Assembly: GCA_963514005.1 (NCBI GenBank)
Contig: OY740809.1
Span: 26,412,001-26,476,000 of the forward strand
DNA from: Raja brachyura
Lineage: Eukaryota
Length of the DNA stretch: 64,000 nucleotides
Reading direction: 5' to 3'
The translations under genes were made by a program, and so were the position numbers. Numbering within the stretch: the first letter of the stretch is position 1; every line of letters begins with the position of its first letter. Positions 12,531 through 24,135 of the stretch are shown here, piece after piece. Under the pieces are notes generated by a model. The model made no database searches, was not told the DNA's origin, and saw only the letters and a program-made list of their open reading frames with translations.

Positions 12531-12972
12531 GGAATGCAACAATCTGGAAGTGCAAGTTGACATTGAAAGCAAACCCAGTCACTTGTGTTTTACCAGTGAT
12601 AGCAGCATTAATGAATTACTTCACATTCACTCTCAATCCGTGGAGGGACTTTGCCGTGAGGAGAAGGACTGCTTGTTCATGAGTGACCACAGCGATTGCC
12701 TCATAAGCAACACATGCGATGTAACACTCGCTCAACCAGAGAGTATAAGAAGTGATGGAAATAGCACGGACACTCAGTCAGATGATGTTCCTGACATTAG
12801 TTCCGATGAATGTGATTCACCCAGTCCAATTCATGACAGTCGATTGGAAATCACAGCTTCGGATATCAAGCTCTTGAACACTGAGAGTTTGGAGTGTGAA
12901 GACTATGAACAAACGGAATGTGTTCTTGAACAAGGTGGGCCACAAACAGAGATGGTGGTACATTATGTCTAA
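12531..12972 (+). CDS. RNF19B: RNF19B-like terminal coding exon
   Basis: tttattacag acceptor; ECNNLEVQVDIESKPSH...TLAQPESIRSD...QSDDVPDISSDEC...VVHYV then TAA at 12970-12972. Confidence 0.93.
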
Positions 12973-13095
12973 ACCTGCACAATCATCACTAATTCATCAA
13001 CCCATAACATGCACCTTATTCAGAATATTGAAATTTTGTGTTCATTACATTGTTTTAAATATACAAGACTCTATTGCATATTTGAATAAAACATA

Positions 13096-13192
13096 GGTAG
13101 ACACAAAATGCTGGATATATTCAGCGGAACAGGCAGCATCTCTGGAGAGAAGGAATGGGTGATTTTTTGGGGTCAAGACCCTTCTTCAGACC
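13096..13192 (-). mobile_element. Penelope-like terminal repeat fragment in the RNF19B 3' UTR region
   Basis: Same family as 51050-51355; hammerhead-like core degenerate (GAAA lost). Confidence 0.65.
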
Positions 13193-14514
13193 CCTTCCCC
13201 TTGTTCCCCTTCCCCTTTGAATAAATCATCTTTGATGCAGTAAATTAAGATGTTATTTATTCACTTACATTCTTGATTTAAATTAATTCAGAGATTTGTT
13301 TGCATGAATTTAAGCAGAACTGTTTTGCTGCTTAAAATTAGATTGTCCCACATGGGAGGAAAAACCATTCAGAATAGTTCTGCTCAGCTTAGAGTTGAGA
13401 TTTTCTAGGTTGCTGGGCAACCTGAAACGTTTTCATTTCCAAATCATTTTTTATAAAGAGAATACTGGAATAGATTCCAAAGGCAGTGAATGAAAAAGTA
13501 GGTGCAGAGCAATGGCCAATGATGTCATCAGTAACTATAGGGTTAAAGAAATAAGCTCTAAATTTGGATTTTTTTAGATACTTGTGATCAAGTCTTATCT
13601 TGGATCTAAGCAGTTGACCTGAATGCTGCAACATTAATTAACTAGTGTTGACTCTACCAAAACCAGATGCTGAATGTTATAGTATCTTTAGAATTAGATA
13701 CACCTGTCTCTGTAACAAACAGGAATTAATGAAATAAACCCAGGATTTGATTTGATCATGTAATTTGGGATATCATATTAATATTTAGCTCATTAGCAGA
13801 GATTATAATAATATTTATGCAATCTATATTTTGCCTTTTAACTTGTTAATAGGCTACGGTTTGAAATTTCCTATTTTGCTTTTTGTGATTGTCCCAACAT
13901 TATGTAAATGCATTTCCAGGAAGCAAAAGGATACTAGCAACCTATGTTCTGCAGTATCCCAGGAACCATTCTACCACAGTACTGATGAGATTACAAAGAG
14001 CCATGTTAGAATTGACATAATTCCAAGTGTCCGCTGAGGAATTTCAGCCTGGATTATTCCACCTCGGATCACTTAATATTGGAATCAATTTGCTGTATCT
14101 CAAATCAGCCAGTTTTATTTAAAGTACTGTTGATTTTTGTTTCCTGTTAATCTCCTGTGATGTTATATAGAAAGAAAATGAAATGAATAAAGCTATCCCA
14201 TCGTTAATTTATGTCATAAACCAAACTAAATGCAAAGGTGTTTTCAGATTTTAAAATGCTTATGTGGTCTTTTTAAATTTCCTTTTAAAACCAAGGGTAG
14301 GAAGCAGCACACCCTAATCCACTGGTTAAGATGCAGTTGGCAATATATATATGTAACCATAGAGCCTTGCTTAAGTTTCAGTTTTCCAGGGTCCGAGCTG
14401 ATGAAGCAGTTGTGGCAACACTTTCACATCCCCAAAGAGAAATCTCAGTTCCCCAGCATGAATGCCCCCACGTGAAGTTAGGTCTGCCCTGATTCCTGCT
14501 GAATATGTGTGACT

Positions 14515-14772
14515 GGGGTGGCACGGTGGTGCCTGACGGGGGCAGAGACCCAGGGACTGTCTGTATGGAGTTTGTATGTTTTCCCAGTGACCCCATAGGT
14601 TTTCTCTGGGTGCTCCGGTTTCATCCCACACTCCACAGGCTACATATTTGTAGGTTAATTGGCTTCAGCAAAAATTGTAAATTGTCCCAAGTGTGTAGGA
14701 TGGGGATCGCAAGTTGGCGTGGAATCAGTGGCCTGAAGGGCCTGTCACCGCACTGCATCTCTAAACTAAACG
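14515..14772 (+). mobile_element. tRNA-derived SINE
   Basis: ggtggcacggtggtgc head, gtctgtatggagtttg body, ctaaactaaa tail. Confidence 0.7.
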
Positions 14773-15136
14773 TAACTGTCACATGGGAATGTATCTGAGC
14801 TTGTCTCCGAGGTCTCCCATACTTGGCAGCCCACTGAGTTCAGACACTTGCATCATCTAAACTCAACGGAGCACTTACTTGAGAAACCTGATAAACTGCT
14901 GGTACCCGTGGATGCATTTGGCAGCAGGTCTGTGCCTTTAAAACGGGAAGAGGAGATTTTTTTTTTTAAACACTTCCATAATATGGATTTTTTTTTGTAT
15001 CCATGGATGGTCAATCCTGGAAAAAAGTGTAAAACTCTATGTCTTCAGTACCTTCATCCTTCTATGGTGCTAGGAACACATGGCAGGAATTAATTGTTTG
15101 GCTTGGTTTCCTTTAAGTATCTTTGTTATTGCTTCA

Positions 15137-15146
15137 TGTAAATAAA
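15137..15146 (+). terminator. Candidate RNF19B polyadenylation signal (TGTA + AATAAA)
   Basis: tgta-aataaa in T-rich context; alternative AATAAA hexamers at 13085-13090 and 14186-14191, so usage is unknown. Confidence 0.35.
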
Positions 15147-16813
15147 GTAACATTCATTTGAATATGACTTGAATTTTAACTGATTAAGCAAACCAGCAGT
15201 CATAGTCTGCCTGCTAAAATCTGTTCAGTCTTGGCCTTTCTTGGCTCTTCCTACCCTGAGGATGTGCTCAGATTTCAAGCAAGAGCAAAACGCTCCCTGT
15301 TCTAGAATGGCTGTACTTCAACTATACTCGAGCATAAATGGGTGATTTCAGGAAACGTGCACAAAACCAGGCATTCTCATTTTTCCCCATCACTTTAGCT
15401 GGTCTAAACTAACTTATTCATAATCAGAAGACCAATTGCGTCAATGAGTCTCCCTATATCTTAAATGGACCTATTATGTGCTGTATGAATCTTATCTGTG
15501 AAATATATTATTACCTTACTTGGAGAAGCAAAACGAAGCTGTACTTAAATCTGTTCAATGGTAGCCGGATGAACTAGTGCCAACATTGCTATTCCCACCA
15601 TCATTTGCCTTACACAAATGCCCTTCACAACAAATCTGCATCCCGAGACCACTGACCGTTTGGGGCAGGACTGGCAAATGGTAAAGGGGGAAAATGGGAT
15701 TGAGAAACAAATGAAGGAGAACTGGGGCTTGAAGGAAGGAAAGAGTTGTGAGAAGGGATGGGTTTGAAGAACAAAACAGCATAACACAAGACCAGGCCCT
15801 TCAGCTCACACTTTTATGTGCCAACCATGACGTCAATTTAAACTAATCCCATCTGCTTACACATGGATGCCATTCCTTGCCTGTTCATGTGTAATATATT
15901 ACGGCTTTAGCATGTAGATAACAACAAAGCACAGGTTTCAGTACACGCTGTTGCCAGTGTGGGTCATCATTATTTTACAAAGTACACTGCGCATACTCAC
16001 AAATATTCACGAGACTGATGAGAGTGAACATATCACATAACACAAATCATACCATTCGAGTACTCGGTTCTTAAAGTTACAATTACCATTATATACACTA
16101 CAATATGCCTGTCTAAAAGCCTCTTAAATGTTGTTATTCTATCTGTTTATGCCATCTCCTTCAGAAGCATGTTCAGGTACCTACAACCCACTGTTGTGCA
16201 AACAAACTTGCTTCATTTTCCCCCATGCCTTAACACTATGCGAAGAAGTGGAATAAGCAGGTACAATTGCACTTACAATTAAACAGTTAAAAATACACTT
16301 GGACAGGAATTGGTCAGGGGGATATGGGCCAGGTGCAGACAAGTGGGACTAGCTAGGTGAAGCAACTTAAATCATCTTAATAACATTAACAGAAATTATG
16401 CAAGATGTTTTCATTGTTCACTGTGGTTTAATGAACAATCAGGCCAGACCCACAAGCCCAGTAAATATAACAGCAGAGACAAGACTCAACTCCAAAGGAA
16501 AAATGAATAAATTGCGCTAGGCAAACATAATGGGCCTGGAAGATGGCGATGATTGGAGCCTTGGATGATAATTTATGCACATTGGCAGTTTTGGAGGGAG
16601 CCTCAGTAATCTGGGACAAATTAGAATTTAATCCAGAAACTTGGCTAGGAGGGAAATCACTGAGCACAGGAAATAATAACTGCAAATAGGCTGCCTCAAC
16701 CTTTTTGTGCATGACACTGCCTGGTATGTCAATGGCTGGCCACAAGGTGGTAGTATAATACTTCATGGTTCCTCCTTCAGAGCACAACAACCTGGTACTC
16801 ATAGAGTCTCGAC

Positions 16814-17177
16814 CAGGGTGGGGAACTTTTCATGTTGGAATGCTGCATTAAGTTAGCTGTAATCTAATAAGGCCGCATCCAAGAGACTTCAAATAGATGT
16901 ACTTCAAAATGTACATTATTTTGTTAAAATAGCCCTCATGACTTAATAATGTTTTAATTGTGGCCGTCAGTCTGGGAGGATTATTTCGTTGAATCTTCTT
17001 TTACTCTTTGGTATTTTAAATACGTTCATTTTAAGATTAAAATAATACAAGACGAACAAAAACATATTCATAAATAAAAAATGATTTGTGCTATAAAGTT
17101 TGGATTCATTCAAAAGGCCGCACTTAATGGCCTAGAAGGCCGCATGAGGCCTTAAGGCCGCAGGTTCCCCACTCCTG
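16814..17177. mobile_element. hAT (Charlie-like) MITE
   Basis: TIR CAGGGTGGGGAAC...GTTCCCCACTCCTG; 8-bp TSD GTCTCGAC/GTCTAGAC; subterminal GGCCGCA repeats. Confidence 0.85.
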
Positions 17178-18448
17178 GTCTAGACACACTTGCAACTCAC
17201 AGAACACACTTAGGACTAATGGAGAATATTCCACCAAAATTATGCTGACACTGAATTGAATACTTGCAATTATCTTTGATCAACCCCTCAAGTCTCTCAT
17301 GCTCTATCTAATCTTGATTTATTTCTCCAAAATATTATTGAAATTCTGATTGACCACATCCTCCCTTTTAACCTTGAGAAACGTTTTCATTCCATTCCCC
17401 CTTTCCACTGAGAAACACTCTTTCAAAATTTCAATGATCCTTGAATAATCCCTACATTGAAAATTGCAAATGAAATCACATGAGTTAGGAAAGAAGCAAG
17501 TAACTTTTGATCATTTGGACTGACGATAATGAGGAAAATTCTGGAAGCCTTTATTAAGACATGATAACAGTGTTCTTGGATAGTCAACATAGATTTCTAA
17601 AAATCCGCTTGTGTTTGAGGTTGTAAAGCATAGAATGGATTAGGGAGAACCAATAGATGAGACGAATATGGGTTTTAAGGCCTTGACGATGCCACACAAA
17701 AGCTGATGAAGTAAAGTGAGTGTGCATGGCATTGTGGGGTTGGAGATTGAGGAAACAGAAAGCAGTGAGTAGGAATAACAACCTACTTCAAAGTCAAAGT
17801 ATGCAGCTCATCAGGTCCATTAACTTCTCCAATAAAAGTATTTTTAATGAATGTTAATCAATTTGAATTCCTCATTTACTATAGTTGTTGTCCCCATTAT
17901 TTCCAGGTTTTCTGTGGAAACTAACAAAAAATCTTTTTTGGAGATACGTGATTGCAGATGCTTATATCTGGAGGAACTCAGTGGGTCAGGCAACATCTGT
18001 GGAGGGAATGGTTAGACAATGTTTCTGCCTGGGATCCTTCTTCGGGCTCCCAAGACAAAATATTTTCTTTATTCTAAACATAAATTCTTCTATGTCACTA
18101 TATGAAGGACCCCATGTGGCTTTAATTAATATTTTCCTGGTTGTTCATCTATAATACTTTTGAGGACCTGGGCATTACTAGTTTGGCTGGCATATTTGCT
18201 CATGAGAAAATTATTGAACTCTGCAATCCTTCTGGTGAAATTTCTCTCACTTCCCTTCTTGGTTGAAAGTTCCACGCTTTAGACCAGCTACAATAAAATT
18301 GGTGATCTATTTCCAAGTCAGATGGTGTGCACCTCAGCGTGAAACTAACATAGTGATGTTCTCATGTGTCTACTGCCTATGTCCTACTTGGTAGAAGTTA
18401 AGTGGTTTGAAGCTCATTGTTCATACAAAGGTGTTTCAGTGGAATGGC

Positions 18449-18502
18449 GGGGTGGAAGATTGCAACCTTCACGTGGTCCGCCCTGTTTCGACTAATGCAA
18501 TC
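18449..18502 (+). ncRNA. Putative compact HDV-like (CPEB3-like) self-cleaving ribozyme
   Basis: P1 GGGGTGG/CCGCCCT with G1-U wobble; P2 GATTGCA/TGCAATC; P3 ACC/GGT; L3 TTCACGT; minimal P4 region GTTTCGA; J4/2 C-TAA with candidate catalytic C at 18492. Confidence 0.75.
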
Positions 18503-18564
18503 AACTTGACGTGCACAAACGGAAGATCAAATAGAACAAGTTGTGCATGCCACGTGAAAGAAGA
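18449..18564 (+). mobile_element. ~116-bp ribozyme-headed non-autonomous retroposon, copy 1
   Basis: 11-bp TSD AGTGGAATGGC (18438-18448 and 18565-18575); GAAGAA tail; homologous to 6586-6721. Confidence 0.8.
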
Positions 18565-19790
18565 AGTGGAATGGCCAGTAAACCAAGTCATTAACTTAAA
18601 GGATCAGTAAGAAAAGGCAGTCATACTAACAAAAAAGGAAACTAGTTCATTTTTTTAAAAAAGACAGGACACAAGAATAACTCAGAAATCTGTGCATTTA
18701 AAATCTGCTTGACTATTAAAACCTGCAAAGGAGGGGATATTAAATATCTAGAATTGATTCATGCAGAATAGATTGCACAGGGAGACAGATGGTGTGAAAC
18801 AATTTGGGGGGAAAATGGTACCGATACGTGAGGAACAGTATTTATTAGATCTGCAGTTCAATATTTTCCTGCAAATAAAGTATTTATTTTCATGTCAGAT
18901 TTATGCATGTATATACTGTAGTTTAAATTTCCAATCAAATTCCATCCAGCATTTGTTGCAGGTAATGTGAATGTCAGAGAAGATAAAGATAAGGATTTTC
19001 AGAAAAAAATTGATTTAACAAATTGGATAATAATGGAAAAAGACAAATAAACAACATCTGATGGCCAAAACAGTTTTGATATTATCTGTGGTAATATATC
19101 AATCTTTAATTATAAAGGTTATTAGTTACAATATACCAAACTTATTACATATCTTGGTCATTTATAATTGGAAAAATTACATTTTTTAAAGCACTAGAAA
19201 AATTCACACCAGTTTTGCATCCTTTACAATCTTGCAGTGAGTTTCAATTAAAATTTTAACAGAAATTCACAATATTTATCCACACAAACCTAGAAGAACA
19301 CATTATTATTTGTTCTAAAATGAAATATAATGCATAAATATACCTACACAAATTAAAATACCTTACAACATAAAATAAAGTTATGTCCTCTCTTTATTCC
19401 AGCTCATCTCTAAGCACACCAGCACAGCATTAACACACATATTTTTTTCATTTAATTCTTCCATCTTGCAATGTGCAAAGCTATATATAAAACACAAGTC
19501 AATTCAATTTATATATACTGTTATGCAATCAGTGCACAAAACCGTGTAATGCATTGCACAAGTAACACTTAACATTTCATAAAATTATATAAGTAGATCT
19601 ACTAATTATCAGGGAATTAAAATTACATTGCTCTTCGTAAACTCCACTGTTTTTCCCTTAGAGTTCCTACTGGCTTTGTGTGACATGAGTGTTACAGCAC
19701 AAATGCACCAAGACAAAACAAAATCATTTAGGAATTATCTGTATATTGGATTCAATTCATAAGGAAATAATACTTCTTGATTAGGGCAGC

Positions 19791-19895
19791 ATTTGACATG
19801 TACTGATTTTCAAAATCAGTACATGTCAAATTGGGAAATTAATTAATCTACCAAAGGTACATGTCAAATGAGGAAATTAATTAATCTACCAAAGG
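19791..19895. repeat. Perfect 20-bp-arm palindrome overlapping a 38-bp tandem duplication
   Basis: ATTTGACATGTACTGATTTT-C-AAAATCAGTACATGTCAAAT; GTACATGTCAAAT..GGAAATTAATTAATCTACCAAAGG repeated at 19819 and 19857. Confidence 0.9.
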
Positions 19896-22800
19896 TTTTG
19901 AAGAATGTCAACTTTAAAATGTTGTTTCTGTATGTGACAAGTAGATTTGGTACAAATGCTGCAAAAATACAATATTTGTATAAGCTTATCAAAAATTTGG
20001 ATAAGCTTATCAAAAATGTAACTCACAAATACTTTTGCCGAAATCAAGCACAATTAATTGAAATCTAATATCAGTTAGTTTGCTGGAAGCTATGCTTTCA
20101 AGATTCAAATATGAAATAGCTAGAGGACCATTGAATACTTAAACCCAGAGCTAACAAACAAAAGCAAAACAGTTACTGTTGAATTTTCTATTTTCCCATT
20201 CTCCATGCATCAAAGCTATGATTCAGAATTTGATGTACTTCAGATTATTGCTTATACTTCACATTAACCTGATGTGGGTCCTAAATGTGAAGGACCAACA
20301 CAAAATGGACAGGCACAACATTTATTGAGTCAATACATGCACTTGTTAGGTCAGTGATTATTGACATTTTAATATATCCACCCGAGCCATTGTTGCATGT
20401 TGATAATTAAGTAACCTGATGAGATAACAGAATTCAACATTGTCCCACATCTTAAACAATGTTGCTCAAAATGTTCCTATGATTAGTTAAAAAGATAATT
20501 ATTTTAGCTATCCCGAATCCATGATCAATATGACTAAGTGTTTCAATGATCCATACACTTCATTGTAGTCAAGTTATTATCAATCAATAATTTATGTTTA
20601 GACTAAACTCTGTCCAGGGTGCCTCACAGCATAGTATCTTAATCAACAGAAAATATTCTGAAAAGATGAATAGATCAATAACTATTTTGATAGCTTTGAT
20701 TCAGTCCCAAGAAAATAGTGTGGACTGTTTAATTGTAATGGTGGGGAGCTTGAAGAAACAATAATATGGAAGAAAATTAGTGGTGTCTTGGATTATTACA
20801 AGAAATATTGGCAGAAGTAGGCCATGTCACATCTCAAACTTGCCTCTCCATTCGATAAGACCATTGCTCTTTCGACCTGAGCCTCAACACTTTACTTGCC
20901 CATAACCCTCTTCTCTGCCTCTTCTGGCTTTGCAGGACATGAGACTGAAGACATTACAGGAGAGATGTCTCATTACAGGACAATGGCTGAAGGGGGTTCA
21001 CGGTTAAGCATGTAGCATGGAGAATCTGGAGTTGCCCATTTCAGTACAGAGAAGGCTAAGATTTGGTCAAGATGCTTACAATCATGAAAGCTTTAAACAG
21101 AGAAATTGTAAGGTCAATAATTTATTGGGCAATGTGTTTTTATAGAACAACTGGTTGAGACTGGGAATCAACGTCACAATTTATTAGTAGCTTTCAATAG
21201 GGAATGTGATAACTACTTGAGAAGAATTGCTCTGCACAGCTTAAAGCAAAGACTGAGAATAGAACTAACTGCCCTTCAGTTCTGAAAAAAACAGTGCAGA
21301 TTGGATGGACTGAATGGTTTCCATCTATTCTGCCTCGGAATCTAGTATGGAATTGAGCCTCAGCTAGAAAGACCCTGTAGATCTACACTTGGTCCTAATT
21401 TAGCTGATCTCCCTTGAAAACAAGAAGGTGCAGCACCCTGTGTTAAATATAGAATAATCTAATCATCCATTCAGGTTTCTTTTTTTTTAACTTTTAGATT
21501 TTTGAGAGCAGTGCTTTGTCTGAACATTTGTCAACTACTTATTTGAATTAATATTGATTGATAATAATATAGTACTGATGAATGTCATACTTCCTTTCAT
21601 GATTACTGTTAAACATGCATTGAAAGTAAATGAAGTGGACTTTAAATACTCTATCACGCAATAGATTTACCAATATCTGTCATGAAAGATAATAGAAGGT
21701 ACATTAATGGGTGTGGACACTTTTAAATAGATTTTAATGAGGAATGTGAGACAATGACTGACTTTAAAGAGTAATCTAGAGGTAAATTATATGTGAAACA
21801 ATGAAACGATTAAAATAAGGTTGGCCATGAAACTATAAAAATCAAGATTATAATTTCTAGAATTATTTCTGGCTATTCTTGAGAATAACCCATCTTCAGA
21901 TACAACATCTGCATTCAGATGTTCTAGAAATAACACTGCTAAGCTTTGCATTTACTTATGTAGTCTTTTTGCAGACATTGGACTCAAATTTCTATGGCTG
22001 ATAATGGTATAAATGGGCCATTGCACTTGCAATCCAAATGCATTATCGTGGCTTCAATTAATTTCAACTCCAAATTGTAATTCCAAAGTGCCATATTAAT
22101 ATATAGAACATAGAATAGGACAACACAGGAACAGGCCCCTTGGCCTATGTTTGTAACAACCATAATGCCAATCTAACTAATCTCATCTGCCTGCACATGG
22201 TCCGCATCTCACTATTTCCTGCTCGTTCATGTATCTAAATGTCTCTAGTATTGGACATTTCCACCCTGCGGAAAAAAATCTAACTTTCTATGACAGGGGC
22301 AGCCTACGTGCAGAAGACATGGTTTATTATAGGTAAATTGTTGACCAGTTTTCACAGACATGGACAGTTTTCTTGATTTGGCTGACCTGTACTATTTGGA
22401 ATATACCATTTGAATTTTAATACTGTAACCTTCACCATTGGTTTTCCTTTACAAGCAAATATGGTTGTTCTGAGGAGACAAGCAGGAACACCTGAAGGCG
22501 AAAGAATGGGCTCCCACTCTAAACAGTTTATCATTTGGTGGAACAGGATAAGGATTTACAAAAAGTTGTACAAGAATCTGGGTACGTGCGTCAACACCAA
22601 AAGAGAACCAAGTCAGAGAATTCAGCCCTTAAAATGAAGCCGTTTTTAAATCTTGCCATTTTGCCTCAGTTCACGAATCAACTGTCAGCTGCTATCATTA
22701 TTTTGAATATTTGAAATCTGGTTAACAATAATGAAATGCTAACTTATATTTGAAGTTTAAATAATTTGGATAAAGTAGGGCAAAAATTGACACAAAAATA

Positions 22801-22904
22801 TTCCATCACAGATGGATCCCATACCAGGAATGTGCAGACGCACACATGGCTGCAAAATAGTCCCTCCTATTAAAAGAATGTCAGCCCTATCCATATTGAT
22901 GATT

Positions 22905-24135
22905 AACTTTAAAGTGCACTGAGATTAGGTGATAAGAAATTTGATGCAAGAGGAAAACTAAAATGAACTCTAAACTGTTCAGGGGAGTATTTTCAAACAA
23001 TCTCAAGTGAGGAGAGTATTAAAGGGTAATGGGACCAGGTAAGAGGTGGAGACAGGAAATGTTAAAGTGCATCGTGGCCAGATGATGGAGATATTAAAGT
23101 GCAGAATCAAGATGAGTGGCCATTAAAGTGCAGAGGAATGTTGTTTGAGTGTTAAAGTGCACTTATAGAAATGTGAGGGGGAGTATTAAAGTGCAGAAAG
23201 CAGCTGAGTGGCATACTTAGGGACATGCGTATTGTCTCCAGAGAAATGTATGTAACTGCAGAGACAAGTATTGGTGCTGACAGGCCAAACTGAGTTTGTG
23301 CTGTGAATATGATGGAGCTGGGAGGCAAAGGGGTGTGAAATAAGAGCTCTGCGCCATTGAAGGTAGAGATGGAGAGAATTTTGGATACATGCCTGGCTTG
23401 TAACCCAATGCACCTCAACACTGAGGAGACAAAGTTGCCTTCAGTGTCTCGCAGGACAATGTAGTACTACCCCTGAACATTAATGGGGAATGATCATCAT
23501 CTTGTGCATTCCTGATGCAGAAATCACATCTGGGCTTATGGGTGACTCACACCAAAAAGTTTGGTTAAATACCCAATTTTTGTGAAATGTTATGAAAATT
23601 GTCATTATCATTTTACTCTAGAAGAAAATATTGGGGAAAAAATGCATTATTTGGCTAAGGTTTTAGTCTAGGATGAAATAAAATTGATCTGCACTGAGAC
23701 GCTGAAGAAAGTGTTAAAGTGAAGTAAATACAGGAAGTGGCATATTAAAATTAAAAAACGGCAGGGCAGCTGTGTGAATGTAGACTCAAGGTAAGCCAGG
23801 TCTTAACTGCAGAAACTATAGGAATGTCATATGAAAAAGCAGAGAGAAAGGTGAGCAGAGTATTAAAGTGCAAGGACAAGGTGATCATAGTATTAAAGCT
23901 TAAACACCATTTGAGTGCTATTTAAATGTTTAAACAGCAGGTGAGTGCAGTATTATTACAATGAGATTAGATGACCAGGCAGTAAGCTATAGACCAGATG
24001 GGTATAGCATTGGAGAAGAGTGAAGTATACAAAGTCTCACTTTAAATGAAAATTGGATAGGATCTATAATGGCATGTCTTCTCTAAGATAAAATAAAAAA
24101 ATCTCACACTCCTTAAATAGCTATTAAAATGCCAA
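22905..24135. repeat. Degenerate ~30-bp minisatellite with conserved TTAAAGTGCA core
   Basis: Cores spaced 32, 29, 29 and 34 bp at 23062-23194; 30-bp register at 23851-23970. Confidence 0.75.

Noticed and set aside
13096-13192. Active hammerhead in the RNF19B 3' UTR
   Set aside because: The core is antisense to RNF19B and has lost GAAAC-GTC.
23150-23172. TAAAGTGCACTTATAG resembling mature miR-20a on the plus strand
   Set aside because: The match breaks after the seed and no pre-miRNA hairpin is evident; treated as target-like sites on the other strand.
23060-23200. CRISPR-like pattern of a conserved core with variable spacers
   Set aside because: The core is only about 10 bp, spacers resemble each other, there are no cas genes and the context is vertebrate; a decayed minisatellite fits better.
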